From: Toensbergia leucococca | Lineage: Eukaryota | NCBI GenBank assembly: GCA_022813965.1 | Contig: JALDZS010000087.1 | Span: 1 to 64,000 of the forward strand | Direction of reading: 5' to 3' | DNA length: 64,000 nt | Part shown: piece by piece, positions 12,118-26,866 of the stretch | How the letters are laid out: each line of letters opens with the position of its first letter | Numbering within the stretch: the first letter of the stretch is position 1 | Position numbers and translations under genes: made by a program | Notes under the pieces: generated by a model | The model's input: the letters and a program-made list of their open reading frames with translations, nothing else | Databases searched by the model: none | What the model was told of the DNA's origin: nothing

Positions 12118-13049
12118 ATTTACTTTTGTTTTTTTGACGTGCTCAAATTTTTTGAGCCAAATATTTCTTTGTGACTGCTTGCTTCCTTGTGCTATTTCAA
12201 GCTTGAGACACATGATGTGCAAGTAATGACTACGAGTCCTTATTGAGCAAGCTATCAATTGCCTTTTTCATGATTTGTGCATAGAAGGATGTGAATGTGA
12301 ATGTGAATGTGAGCATTCAATCGAGGGAATCCTGGGGGCACTGAGGGGGCTATCCTCAGCCTCAACTAAATACTCCCTCGACTCCGTGCATGCCGCCGAC
12401 CCCGCGTGCCCGCGCATAAATCTCCCATCTCCAATCTGACATGTCGGATCGCAATCTCGAACAGCTACAAAAAACCTCGGACCGCTTCTCAGAATGCTCC
12501 ACTTTTCATTGACCAAATGTGGAGAAGGGATAGAGTATGCAGCCCCATACGTATCGTTTATCCCATCTACCTCAATTGCGTCAGTCGTGCCAACGAATCC
12601 GGACTGGTCGGCGCGGAAATGGCACCAAGGCGACGCTACAATCTCGAATTCGGGGTCGGAGCACAGCCCTAAGCAGTCATGTAACTGATCCATCCCAGAA
12701 TCCTCGACAGAGGCCAATGGGAGAGGTTCCCGCTGTCCTCTACTCCAGCATTCAGGATTCTGTCTTTCCTATTTCGATACATGCAAGTCTGCTGGAACAG
12801 CCGACGTGTAACTTATTTTCACAAGCTCGTTTCCTTTCTGACAATGTAGCCTTTTCTCTGAAACCCTCTCGAGTTACTATGACGAATTAACCCTTTGACC
12901 ATGTGCTGGTGTGGTATGATACTTTCAGTTCTACTTTTTATACATTTATTAGCGTCTTAACTTCTCTTCTTTTAAGACCTACTTCTGTATTACGTATCTC
13001 CCTTGTTGGATTGGTCTAGCTTTCAGCTCAATCTCAATCTTCTGCTGGC

Positions 13050-14349
13050 ATGGCTCCTCAGGCCAGTATTCCATTGTCTGCAAACATCTTGGGAACAATC
13101 GGTACCGCTTTCTGGTGCGTACAATTGGTGCCGCAGATTTGGCATAATTGGAAGCAGAAGAAGACCGATGGCTTGCCTGCCCTTATGATGTTCCTATGGG
13201 CAATCTGTCAGCCTACCCTGGCATCGAAAGCTGTCAATCAAACATAATACTGACTCGGCATTCAGGTGCCCCCCCTTTCGGTGTCTACGCCATCGTTCAG
13301 GTCAACTACTACCCAAAGCTATGTACTAAATGCTTTTCCGCTAAAGAAGACACAGAAGTTCAATATCCCCATTCAAATCCAGCCTCATATCTTTGGCACC
13401 CTCTGCCTCATCAGTTGGGCGCAAATCTTAATATATAACCAGTACTCAAAATCCACGCACCAATCCCTCAAAAGAAGTCCCAAACTAACGTCATCCAGTG
13501 GCTACACCGCTTTGAAAGCGACACTTCTGGCATCTTTGGTCTGGATTGCATTTGGTGCCTTTGAGATCATCTGTATCTTCGCACTTAGAGTATAAACGTT
13601 CCCACCATATAGCATCCTCATCAGTTGACCTTCGTATCAGGCCCCGTATGCCCGAGGCATCTCCTGGCCTGTCACTTTTATCGGCATCATCGCCGCCATT
13701 CTTCTTGTAGCAGGCCTAGTGCCACCCTATTTCGAGCTCTCCAAACGCAATGGGAGAGTTATCGGCATTAGTGAGTGTCATCGCTACCATGATTTTCATT
13801 ACAGGTAATAACCATTTGTCTAGATTGGATATTTCTGGCTATGGACTCAGCGGGTGCATTCTTCTCTCTTATGGCACTGGGTATATCATTCTCTACCCCA
13901 TCACCCAACTATCTTTTAATATTCATTCTCTAGTTGCACAAAACACCTTTGACAAAATTGGTGGCGTTATCTACATTCTCTGGTACCCTCTCTCACTTTC
14001 CCCGTCGTCCTCTTTCGTTCCCATTCTCTGATATCCTACCAGCGTGACGATGGAACTCGGCATCTTCGCCTCACATCTCATCTTCCTCTTCCGCACGCGC
14101 TCCCTCCGCCGTCAAGCCCGACTCGACGGCAAAGACTTCGACGACCTTCCCGAAGCGAGCATATACCAATGCGACGCTGACAGAAGAGGTAAAGCCAAGA
14201 CGATCGTTCTAGATATTGAGGTAGGGGATGGATGTTTAGAAAGGCGCATGTCGACTTCGAGGGTACTGTCAATTGGTCAGCAAGGGGGCCAGGGGAAGAA
14301 GGGTGTGAATTCTGAGGTGCAGAGTGTTTGCAGTGAGATGGACAACTAG
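13050..14349 (+). CDS. PQ-loop repeat membrane protein, about 8 exons
   Basis: ANILGTIGTAFWCVQLVPQIWHNWKQKKTDGLP (PQ-loop 1), NIPIQIQP, GLVPPYFEL...VIGI (loop 2); canonical GT-AG introns. Confidence 0.88.
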
Positions 14350-14800
14350 GGAAGTTAAGGCAAAGGATTGGATTGATTTGCTACGGAGGTCTGGATCATG
14401 GCTATGCTTACACATGGGAGCGTATCAAATGTAATGCACTAACAGTTGACCTGGCCTAGATTTCAAAATACTGGAAGCATCCTGCATGTTCTAGAGATGG
14501 GGGCGGGCATCCATTGTATGAATCACGCATTTCTTAATAATTCATCAGATGTTCTTTTGCAAAGAAATCTTTTTTTTCGGAACGTTGGATCCTATTCTCA
14601 AACTCGTTCAATCATTCAATGACGGCAGGTTTGCAACGACATTGGCCCTCTAGGTGAGCTTCACCTGCTCATCTTGGACATTGAACTCGGGATTTGGTGT
14701 TGTTACCTATCATTGACGACTTCGCTTCACTGTCCAAATTACGAGGTTCAATACGGCTTGCCAGGACGCGCTGGTTTCTCCTAACATGGTGATAGTCCCG

Positions 14801-15269
14801 GTAAAGCTTGCTATTAAATAACACACAATCAAAAAGGTACTAGATAACATGCAAAAGATATTTAAAAAAAGTAAGTATAAGCATAATATAAAATCACTTA
14901 CAATTTTCTACACACTCAGAGTCACACCAACACTCAATCACATATGATCAAGAAAGAATTATGTCAATATAGCAAGAAGAGATGTCAGAATAGTAAAAGC
15001 CTTTCTTTTTCAATGAGTGAAGTGCAATTTATTAACTGTGTATTTTCTATCATGTGATTCTTTCCCTCAAAGAAAAGTAATATAAACATAATATAAACTC
15101 AATTATTACTATTATTACACTTGAGTCAAAAGGTGACAGAAGTTATTGAAAAAAAATAAACAAATACATTAAAACTGTTAAATTTTAGATGACTCACTAG
15201 AGTAATGCATCATGTATCTTGGTAAAGAGGAAATTTATTTGACTGATGACATCAATCAGGACCTTCACT
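14801..15269. repeat. AT-rich, CpG-free patch; probable decayed repeat/transposon relic
   Basis: About 470 bp with no CG dinucleotide, no ORF, sharp composition boundaries. Confidence 0.5.
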
Positions 15270-15376
15270 CGTGTATCTGTATTTGATACATCATATGCCT
15301 TTGAAGATTGTATCACACGCAAATCATCACAATCATGACATATACATTTGTACAATAAAAATCCCAAATCCAAACA

Positions 15377-17294
15377 TTACGCCTGGTACGCCCGCGTCTC
15401 TCCTTCACTCCCGTCATAGCCCTCATGCCGGGCAGGCGTTTCAGGCTCATCATAGTAAACTACTCTTGGCTTAGCTGATACCGACAACCAAGGTCCTTTC
15501 TAGGGACGAAAATGTACGGAAAAGAAGAAAGAAGGTAAACATACCATGCGGCTTGATGAATAAACTCAGCACAAAGGCGATCCCGAACGTGGAACCCAGG
15601 CATACAAACACCGTCTGTGTGAATTTACCGACTGTCAAGCTGTAGATACCGTTAAATATTGTAGGTGCCACCACCCTTGCCAAAGCGTGAAGGCATCCCA
15701 TCGCGCCAAGGAGCTGACCGATGCGATCTGGCGGGATATGCTTTGTCAGAGCAGACTGCAACGTAGGTGAACCCATGCCACCGGCTGCAGTGATGACCCC
15801 GGAGAGGATGAGCAAGGGACCAGTTCGGACACTGGCGTAGCCGATGTAGCCAATCATGTCGAATAAAATGGCCGTCCTGATGATGGTGAGATCGAAGTTG
15901 TCGGACCCGGAGTTTCGTTGTGGCAGACTGCCGGTTCGCCCGCGGACGAAATAGGTCGCGAAAGGGAGGAGGACAAGGAGACAGAAAACGCGGGAAATGT
16001 TGACGATAGAGACGAAGATGCCGGATTCGATGGGTCCCCAGCCAAACATGTAACTAGAGTAGATGAGTACGACTGTTATGGAGCCCATAGCTACACCGAA
16101 CATAGTCGTGTCTACGGCAGCGAGGAAAATGAGGTTGCGGCGCACAGCGCGGTTCGAGCCTTCACTAGTAGGATAGAGTATGGCGAGGGGAGCGAAGATG
16201 TTCAGGCCGTCTGGCCCGCTTATCCATGATCTTGTTGACGTTTGCCCCTCGGTAATAATTGCATGCTTTTCCCTGGCGACTTTCTGTCTTTCCTTGGAGA
16301 GGGATTCCGGAATGACAAATGCCATGAAGAGGAGAAAACAGAAATGAAAGACCAAAGCAATGTAGAAGACGTTGATGATTTTGCCCGTAGCCTTGATGAC
16401 AAGGCCTGCTAGGACTGGTCCAAGAGCAATTCCGCTGAAAAGAGCACCGTGAAGGTATGCAAAGGTTACATTGCGACGGGCTGGAGCTGTAAAATCGCTA
16501 GCATAAGCATTGACAATGGCCATTGCAGCAGTGAAGGAGCCGCAGATGCCATCGAATGCACTCCCTAGGAGCATCCATCGATAGGACATGGTCTCTGGAT
16601 ATGTGGCAGCGAGTATAGTAATGATCTCGGTAATCAGCATACCAGAGGTCGAGAAAGCGATGACTTTCCTACGGCCGTAGCGATCCGAGAAGGCGCCTAA
16701 TTTGGGGCTCGCGAAAGCAGATAGAAGTCCAGCTATTACCATGATATAAAGGGTGAAAGTGGACACTCGTGCTTGCACCTCGGGGATCTGACATTGCGGG
16801 TTGTCGGCCCCCATAATGATAGGCATGAAGGTGAATGTAGGGTCTTTTTGAGATCTATCTGATAGATAGTCCTGGCATATTAGATTGAGCATGAGGCTTA
16901 TCCGAGGGACCACACTGCCTCCAAAAGCGAGGGCAAAGATAGAAAAAGGCGGTAGGAGCCAAAAGACCTAATTGATCACTGATTCAGTATATTGCAAAGT
17001 TGGCTTGGAACATCATCTCACTGAAGGTCTGTTCCACCATGGTTTCCCTTCAAAATCTCGTTCTCCTGACCACGCAGGCTCACTTGTGGTTTGGCCCTCA
17101 CTGTAGGTCCGATCTGGATCCCTCGAGAGTAAAGGTGTTTCTTCATAATCTACAGGTTTGTGGATTTCTATTCCACCATAGGCCGAGGTCAATAGATCAT
17201 GGCCCGTGTGGCTACTGCGGTATAAGGGCGGGTCGGTCTGAGACAGCTGAGCGCCAATGTTTGCCTCTACGGCGAAGACTGCGTCGTTCTCCAT
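15377..17294 (-). CDS. MFS transporter (fungal SLC46/tetracycline-efflux-like, about 12 TM), 3 exons
   Basis: GAFSDRYGRR motif A, LICQDY...CQIPEVQARVS luminal loop, GQLLGAMGCLHALARVVAP; start MENDAV at 17294, last exon ends TAA at 15377. Confidence 0.88.
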
Positions 17295-18061
17295 CGGAAT
17301 GAATTGAAAGGCGAGGGATTTCCGAGTCAAAGGATGGGATCATCAGCCAGGAAATGGTGGATTGTGATTCGATGAGGAAAGGGTTGCCAGCGGAGTAAGG
17401 GAGAGACGGAGAGGTGCTGGTAGAGGTCATTGATCTCAACCCGCATCGAAGAATACTCCAAGGTGATGAGAGACGAAGAGGAAAACAAGATGAGACAACA
17501 TCACTATTATCAAGGGAGGAAGGGAGGAATGATCGCGTTGGCCTGCTTTGAAATCTAAGCGTCACCGATGATAAGGTATGGGCACTCCGTACCCAGTACC
17601 GAGTAGCCGGAGGATTCAAAGGCCGGAATCGGTCGAATATTTATCCGCGACACTGCCCTGTTTCAGACTCGATTAGTAATAATGTGTAGTAACAACATAG
17701 TGGGGAGGGCCGAAGTCGATCATCCAGACTGGTGATTCCGACTCACTAGACTTATTACGAGTACTTGTAGAAGTGTGCGAGTAGTGTGTCAGACAAACGT
17801 TGTCTGGTTTGAGCGAAGAAGATCAAAGGGGTTCTACCTCTACTCCATACTACATCTTGAATATGTCAGATCCTCATACATCACTCTGAAAGAGCTCCTG
17901 TCTCTCAGTCCAGCCTCAATGAGAAGCTGAGCTTGCAAGTTGAAGGACCAACCGAGCCTCGTCGTCCTATTACTTGCACTTGTTCTTTCAACTTGGCTTT
18001 CGGTACCGTGTTTGGATAGCATGATGTATCAGTTGACACTTCATCTCCATTAAGATTCTAA

Positions 18062-19461
<1,400 letters not shown>

Positions 19462-19739
19462 GTCTTAAATGCACTCCTGCCAGATAAATTTATCTGAAGT
19501 TTCAGAAAACTTGGTGAGCAATGGCCGTTTGGAAAAATAGTCGTGGCGTAGAAATGTGTTTTCGTCCTCTGGACGTCAATGACGCATCGTCCGAGTTCAT
19601 GATCAAGCGGATCAACAATAATCCAGCCCGTAAACAATCCAGTCACGTCTGCCTGACGAGCCTCTTTCATAAACTCTTGGGTTCCATACGTGTGGTGTCA
19701 TTCATGAAGCCACGAAATTGAGGGTTTGGGCTATCGAAA

Positions 19740-22028
19740 ATGGCAGAAGAAAACAAGTGGAAGCCAAATGATGGAGGCGAGAACGAGGAGGACGAAGAGC
19801 TGGACGAGACTGTACTTCAACGTCACAATCGATGCTCAGAATGATCTGATGCTTACTATGTCTAGGCTTACAAGAGTGCTAAAGATGCCGTGCTCTTTGC
19901 CATTGAAGTCAGCCCTTCGATGCTCATTGTACCTTCGCCTACAGACTCCAAGAAACCCGATACGAATACCCCAGTATCGGCAGCGTTGAAGTGCGCCTTT
20001 GCCCTAATGCAGCAAAGGATAATTTCCAATCCAAATGACATGATGGGCATACTTTTGTACGGAACAGAGAAGACTAGATTTCAAGGCGAAGAGCAGACTC
20101 CGGGAGGCCTTGCTTATCCTCACTGTTATTTACTAATAGACCTTGACATACCGGCGGCTGGGGATGTGAAAGCACTGAAAACTTTAGTTGAGGATGAGGA
20201 AGAATTCAAAAAACTCGTAGTCCCATCAGAAGAACCTGTCTCAATGGCCAATGTACTATTTTGTGCTAATCAGATTTTTACTACCAAAGCCCCAAATTTC
20301 ACATCGCGTCGCCTCTTCATCGTGACGAATGATGATGATCCTCATTCAAAGGAGAAGACCATGAAGTCAGCAGCAGCTGTGCGAGCCAAGGATCTGTACG
20401 ATCTTGGTGTGATAATTGAATTGTTTCCAATCTCGAAGCCTAATCATGAGTTTGATCGAGAGGTATTCTACAATGTATGATAGAGCGTCACATAGCCTTG
20501 GTTCTAGTTGTGCTGAATAGAGATAGGACATCATCTACAATGCTTCGCCTGCTGACCCAGAGGCTCCAGCACCTGTCTCGGGAGCTGTCAAAACATCTTC
20601 CACAAAGGACGGAATATCTCTACTGACATCTCTTTTATCTTCTGTCAACTCGAAAGCTGTTGCCCGAAGAGCTCTCTTTTCCAATCTACCTTTCGAGATT
20701 GGCCCGGGCTTCAAAATCTCAGTAAAGGGATATATAATCTTCAAGCGCCAAGAGCCACAACGTAGTTGCTATGTCTGGCTAAATGGCGAAAAAGCTCAAA
20801 TAGCCAAGGGCATATCGAGCCAGACGGCCGATGATACAGCACGGGCTGTAGAGAAAGTCGAGATTAAAAAAGCCTTCAAATTCGGTGGCGACCAGATTAC
20901 TTTTACCCCTGAAGAGATTGCTTCTCTGCGCAACTTTGGAGATCCTGGTATCCGAATCATCGGATTCAAACCTATGTCCATGCTGCCTATCTGGGCTAGT
21001 TTCAGACCCTCGACCTTCATATATCCCTCCGAAGATGATTACGTAGGGTCTACTCGGGTGTTCTCTGCTCTTCAGCAAAAGCTTCTCAAAGACCAGAAGA
21101 TGGGGCTAGCATGGTTTGTTGCCAGGAAGAATGCCTCACCGGTCATCGCAGCAATCGTGCCAGGAGCAGAGAAGCTGGACGATGCCGGCGCGCAAGTGAT
21201 GCCGCCGGGCATGTGGCTTATACCTTTACCATTTGCAGACGATATTCGACAAGATCCTGAAACAACTTTGATTCGAGCCCCTGAACCCTTGATCGATTTG
21301 ATGAGATTAGTCATTCAGCAACTGCAGCTTCCGAAAGCTCAGTATGATCCGAGCAAGTATTCAAACCCAGGTACCCACCAGCCTACTTCTACCAAGAATG
21401 ATCCGTACTGATTAGAATTAATAGCGCTACAATGGCATTACCGGATCTTACAAGCTATGGCCCTCGAAGAAGATCTTCCCGAAAAGCCTGAAGACAATAC
21501 CATCCCACGATACAAACAAATAGACAAGGTTATTAAATGTCCCTCCTGTCTGACAACAATCACCTCGAGAAGACGCTCTCAAACTAACATCTTCTCCATC
21601 AGCGAGCTGGCGCCTACGTCATAGACTGGGGCATAGAACTCGAATCCCAATACCAAGCCTGGCAATCCTCCTCCCATCCTAAACCGACCGCGATAAAAAG
21701 ACCTCCCTCCGAACAAGCCGACGGCACTACCGGCGCAAAGAGAATCAAGAAATCAGCCAGTGTAGACGTAATGAGTGATGCAGACATGAAGAAAGCTTTC
21801 GACAAGAATAGTGTCGGGAAGGTTCGTTGCTCTTTCTATACCAGTCGTCCCAAGAATCAGCAAAAAAATCGAGATAAGAGTCGTTACCAAGAGCTGACAC
21901 GTACTCAATCTACACAGCTAACGCTCGCGGAACTGAAACCGTGGCTTGAGAGCAAAGGGATCCATACCCACGCCAAGAAGAAAGCAGACCTGGTCGAGAG
22001 TGTCGAGGCCTTTTTCGAACGAAAATAG
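19740..22028 (+). CDS. KU70: Ku70 DNA end-binding subunit (vWA, beta-barrel, SAP), 6 exons
   Basis: [77 protein letters not shown]-terminal SAP motif KKKADLVE. Confidence 0.97.
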
Positions 22029-22549
22029 TGTCTTCCCCTTCCGTTTTTGTCGTTTTTTCGCCGGTGTGCAGCGGGGCGTTGTGGTTCCTTTCGAGATACG
22101 GAAGAGGGGAGTAATGAGAGCCAACTGACAAGAGCGGATCAGCGATCGAGTGAGTTGTTCGAAGCGATTATCTGCTTGAGTATATCATTTTGATTAGCCG
22201 TTGGGATGCACGATCCAACCCCTGCTATACTCATGTAATACAATATGTGGGATAGTGGCTCTACCCCCCTGTTTATGGATACAGAAGACCAAATGAAACA
22301 ACGTCCCCAAGCAAAAACAACAAAGCAACTCCTTTCTACATGTTTGGGTATGGCAAACCCAGCACGGACAGTAGCATCACCAGCTTTGAAAATCAAACTT
22401 GGGAAATAGAGCCAAATCCAATCCATCTCCCCCCGTAGGGTACGTCAAGATCATACCCTCTAATCTATACAACCAAAAAAAAACTCCCCATTATGAGGCG
22501 TCCACCCAAGGGTATCGAACACGAAAAAAGCACACCATCCCACCACCCC

Positions 22550-22579
22550 TAACAATAACAATAACAATAACAATAACAA
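22550..22579 (+). repeat. (TAACAA)5 microsatellite
   Basis: Direct read of tandem hexamer. Confidence 0.85.
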
Positions 22580-23218
22580 GAAAAAGAAAAGAAAAGTCCA
22601 AGAGTAGGAGAATGTATATCATCACCACCCCCTTGCAAGAAAAGTCCAACCTCGTTGTTTCGTGTCTTGAGATATGTCATGCAACGGTGTCAGGGATCTG
22701 GGGTGTATGGGTTTAAGCTGCACCATCCCTCCTTCGAGTGCTGGGAGTAAATCGTTCTCATTCTTCCCCCATTCCTTGTAAGAAAAGATACGAGATTCTC
22801 AGGCGGGGCCCCATTTTGCCCCCCCCTCAACTCGACGTTTCCGCAAGAAACTCAAAAAACTTTGATCACAAGATCAGAATTTCAGCTTCTCCAAAAACCA
22901 AAAAAAAAAAAAAATCCAACAAGTTTCCTGATTTCTTTTGTGGGGCCTAGTAGACAAAACGAAGTTTTATCCATTTCGATATCTCCCCTTCTTTATACAT
23001 GATATTTCTCGTAGATCTGTGCATCATGACCACGCTCCTGATCTACCGAGTCTTGAACCTAGCTATAGCTATATCTAGCAAACGTGCTTTAGATCTACAA
23101 CGTATACGCTGGAAAAAAAGCAATGACTCAAGCCAAACCGCTGATTCTAATTACACCATCCTCTTCATCCCTCCACACCACCATTCAATCATCTAGATCC
23201 TAAAGGTTGGCCCTCTAG

Positions 23219-25110
23219 CTAGCTCGTAATTCGCCTTTCTTCGTCGTTTTCAGCCCGACAAACCTTGTGCTTCGAATCATATTTCCGGTCTAGCGAATAA
23301 TGAGCGATGCCAAGACTCAGCAGAAACCCCAGCGCTGCAAAGCCCGTCATGACCTCCCAAACCACCTTGAACGCCTGCGCATACACTTGCACCAGCTGGT
23401 GACGTAACGGGGAGTCTACCGCCATTGCTTTCAACACCGCCACATACGACTCGGCATTCACGGCAATGGATGTCGGCAGCCCAGCATCTACCAGACGTGA
23501 AGACAGGGAATTTTGAAAAGCCGAGCCGCCAATTGCCACGCCGATGCTGTAGCCTAGCGCTCGTAGGAATGCGTACATTGCTGCCGAGTAGGCGACGTCT
23601 TCGGTCTTGGCCATGGCTTGGGTGCCAAAGATCAGGGGCGTGAGGGTGCAGCCGTGGCCGATTCCAAGCGTGATCAAGACGAAAAGCCATCCAATGGTCG
23701 AAATGTTCACACCAAGGAGTATTAAGAGCCCGTTAGATAGAACTAGCATTGCCTGGCCGAACCATAATGTTGGTCGGAATTTGCCCGTTTTTGTCATGAG
23801 TAGACCAACTACCATGCTAGCGGGAAGAAGGGTCAGAAACATTGGTAGCATAGCAACTCCGGTAATGGTGGGCGAAAAGCCTTTGACCACCTCGAAGTAG
23901 CATGGTATGTAATATACCGCTTGGAATAACTAGGGGAACATCGTTAGCTAGAAGGACCACTCGTTGCAATATACTGACTTACCAAGAAACCTTGCAGAGC
24001 TGCGCATGTATATGCTAGACAAGCAGACCGGTTTTTGAATAGAAACAGTCGCAGAAAAGGAGTCTTGGTCCCCCAGACTTCCCAGACTAACGCTATAAAT
24101 ATCCCCACGGCACCCACCATAAGAGGGACCAGAGTTCGGAAACTGTTCCAGGCAAACTCTACTCCGCCCGAAGCAATGGCAATCAGAAAACTTGTCATAC
24201 TCCCTGTGAAAAGTATCCCGCCAATCCAATCGACGCGAGCCAGTTTAAATTTCAGAGATGTTTTCTCGGCCTTTAGATTGACGACCAGAGAGACCAGGGT
24301 GAGGCCCACAGCGCAGAAAGGGAAATTCAGGTAAAATATCCATCGCCATGTAGTGTGTTGTGCAATGAGACCGCCGACCAAGGGACCAATAATTGTGCCC
24401 AAAGCCCAAGCAAGCATGTTGAAAAGGTTGTATTTGGGCCTTTGTCGAAGAGGCACGATATCGGTCATGATGACAAGCACCATCACAACAATACCTCCTC
24501 CACCGACTCCTTGAACAGAACGTCCAGCTAGCAATTGTGTGAAGTTGTTGCTTAGGCAGCAGATTAATGTGCCAACCGTAAAAAGCACTAAGGACAGGAA
24601 GAGGATCTCTCGGCGGCCGAATATGTCAGAAAGTGTTGCAAGGAATGGCTGGACTACAGCGTTCGTTAGGAGGAATGCCGTGCCTGCCCAAAAGGTATCG
24701 GTGGCCGTTCCATGAAGTTCGGTAGCTAGAGTCTATAAGTTGGTTAGAATTGAATCATCGGGAAAGCTTCTGGCGTGAAGTATTCGGGACGATAAAAATA
24801 GTAATGGAAGTCTGAGACTCATAGATCTTGGAGCTAACCCTGGGCTTCAGCGTATCTCGGGGAAAAGTCATTCTAACAACTAGCAAGCTTCTCATCTGGA
24901 ATGTAGACTCACTGGTAGCACGGGAACCAAGATGGTTGCATCGAGAGAAGCCATCAAGGAGATGATGACAAGAGTTATGATGATAAGCCACTCCTGTCTG
25001 CCTGCTTTCCACTCGTGGGGGTGGTCTCCGTCAGCTGCAGAGCTCAGGCCTGTCACCTTCTCGGCGGATGATGTTTCGGTGCTGCTCTCGGGAGTTGTGG
25101 TGCCGTCCAT
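23219..25110 (-). CDS. MFS drug:H+ antiporter (DHA2, 14 TM), 3 exons
   Basis: SLDATILVPVLP, LSDIFGRR, GRSVQGVGGGG, GPLVGGLIAQHTTWRWIFYLN motifs. Confidence 0.92.
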
Positions 25111-25655
25111 GTTTTAAAGACAATTAGAGAATGTGTAGTAAGGACTGGTACGGGGCTTTGAGAGAAGGTGTTTAGGGAGCTTCTCTCAAGTACCCCGTAA
25201 GGAGTGAAAGTGACAGCTGAAGTGGTTTGTGAAAGCAGCAAAGAATGGACTACTTTGTACCGTTGACAAATATAGTGGAAAGGGAACAGAGGCTGGTGCA
25301 CGTCATTCGGAAAGACGAGGCCCGTCCACTGCCCTAAGGCAAGAAAAAAACACTCAGCACCAGTAGTCCCATAAGTAAAGTCTCGCGTCTCTCAGGAATT
25401 ATAGGAAGGTGAGAAATACAAAGTAGACACAAGAATGTTTTCGACATTTCCTGTTCTACAGTATAGTGTCTAATTTCCCACGTCTTTCGTTGAAATCTAA
25501 GATTACAACATTTATAATATCATTGCCATGCTCGCTGAGAAGAGGGGTCACCTGCTCAAAAGCTCGAATTGAATCGAGACATTCGATAGCTGCTTGGAGA
25601 TCACGAGTAATCTGAGATGCATACTGACTTAGAAAAGAGACGGTTGGGTCCAAAT

Positions 25656-26866
25656 CTAGAAAAACTTCCCGAATTGGGTGGGTGCCTGGAAGGAATAAAT
25701 TCTTTTAGCAGTGAGAAATGATGCCGTTATCACGTCGAAAACTGCGCAATCTCACTTAGTACCTCCATTGATGAAGACAAATGAAGCACCTGATGAGAGA
25801 CATCTGTATTATGTATAACTCTAAGGAAAACTTGTGGATGAAATACCAACCCATGCGATTAATCAAATGTTGAGTTCTGCGCCTTTCCGATACCAGCACA
25901 GGGACGCTGTTTACTTTGATAAGTCTGGATCCACACCTTGGCGTAGTCTACGGCTCTTTCGGTCTCGATCATGAATGTGTCGCTGAAAGTGCATTTTGCT
26001 TCAGCTTCGATTTCTCGCACTTGGGCGAAGAAAGACTTGAGTACGTTGGAATTAGCTTAACATTAGGTATCTTGGGGTGATTGGGGGACCGCGGTAGCTA
26101 CGTACGCCGTAGTAGTGCTTCTCATATGCCCATTGGAGGCGGTATGCTGCGTTGAAGGAGTAACCGGTAGCTTCGCATTGGCGGTAGCACTTGTGCCCAA
26201 CTTAGCTGACGCCTGCTACATGGATGGAGAATCGGCTGGGGAACCTTTTCTGAGATTGCATATGTCATGTTCTAAGATTTATCAGCTCCTAATCGAGAGT
26301 GAGAACCTGGTGGGCCCGAGAAATGGAGAGCACTAACCTGAAAAACCTCCGAGAACTTTTAGATTATCCGAAATTAGTCTGGAATGCAACCCATATGGTA
26401 CAAGTAGGGTCATACATGCTTAAGATCCGCTTCAAATGTCGTACAGTTCAGTTTCTTAGCATTTTCAAGTACCGCTTGGTTCAGTCTTGATTCATCCATA
26501 CGACCTCTATTGATACGTGGTCCAAGCTTGCTATCAGCCAGCCTAGGGCTTCTCACTTCGCTTCTGGTACTCAAACCAAAGAGATACATATTCAAATCAG
26601 TCGTAAAGTCATTGATAATAGCAGATAATTTCTAGAGGGATGGCCTAATCAGCGATGTGAATAGATCTGGGGTGCATAGGAGCTATATGTACTTTTTCGT
26701 CGAAGAACAGAGTGGGATTCTTGAAATCGTTGCAGATGGAATGAAAAGTCCAATTGGTAACGGTTGTAAGTTGGGATATGGAATCTGGATCTAGACCCCA
26801 GTGTGACTTGACTGGAACGACTAGCAAGGACATGAAGAGAGCAATCAAATCCAAAAGAAGTCTCAT
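25656..26866 (-). CDS. Orphan secreted protein with micro-exons (at least 6 exons; 3' end uncertain)
   Basis: Signal-peptide-like MRLLLDLIALFMSLLVVPVKS; introns 26632-26692, 26356-26415, 26272-26337, 26190-26244 and 26036-26105 each have GT, a branch motif and AG, and keep the frame open. Confidence 0.6.

Noticed and set aside
12268..12890. Overlapping ORFs next to the tRNA; a WRRDRVC segment faintly like fungal HNH endonucleases
   Set aside because: No further motif or consistent frame; cannot support a gene or pseudogene call
24733..24912. Long (about 180 nt) MFS intron with internal CCCAG-G-GTTAGC, considered as a stwintron or recursive intron
   Set aside because: Internal sites would leave a 1-nt exon and a frameshift and do not rebuild an external donor; a single intron explains the frame
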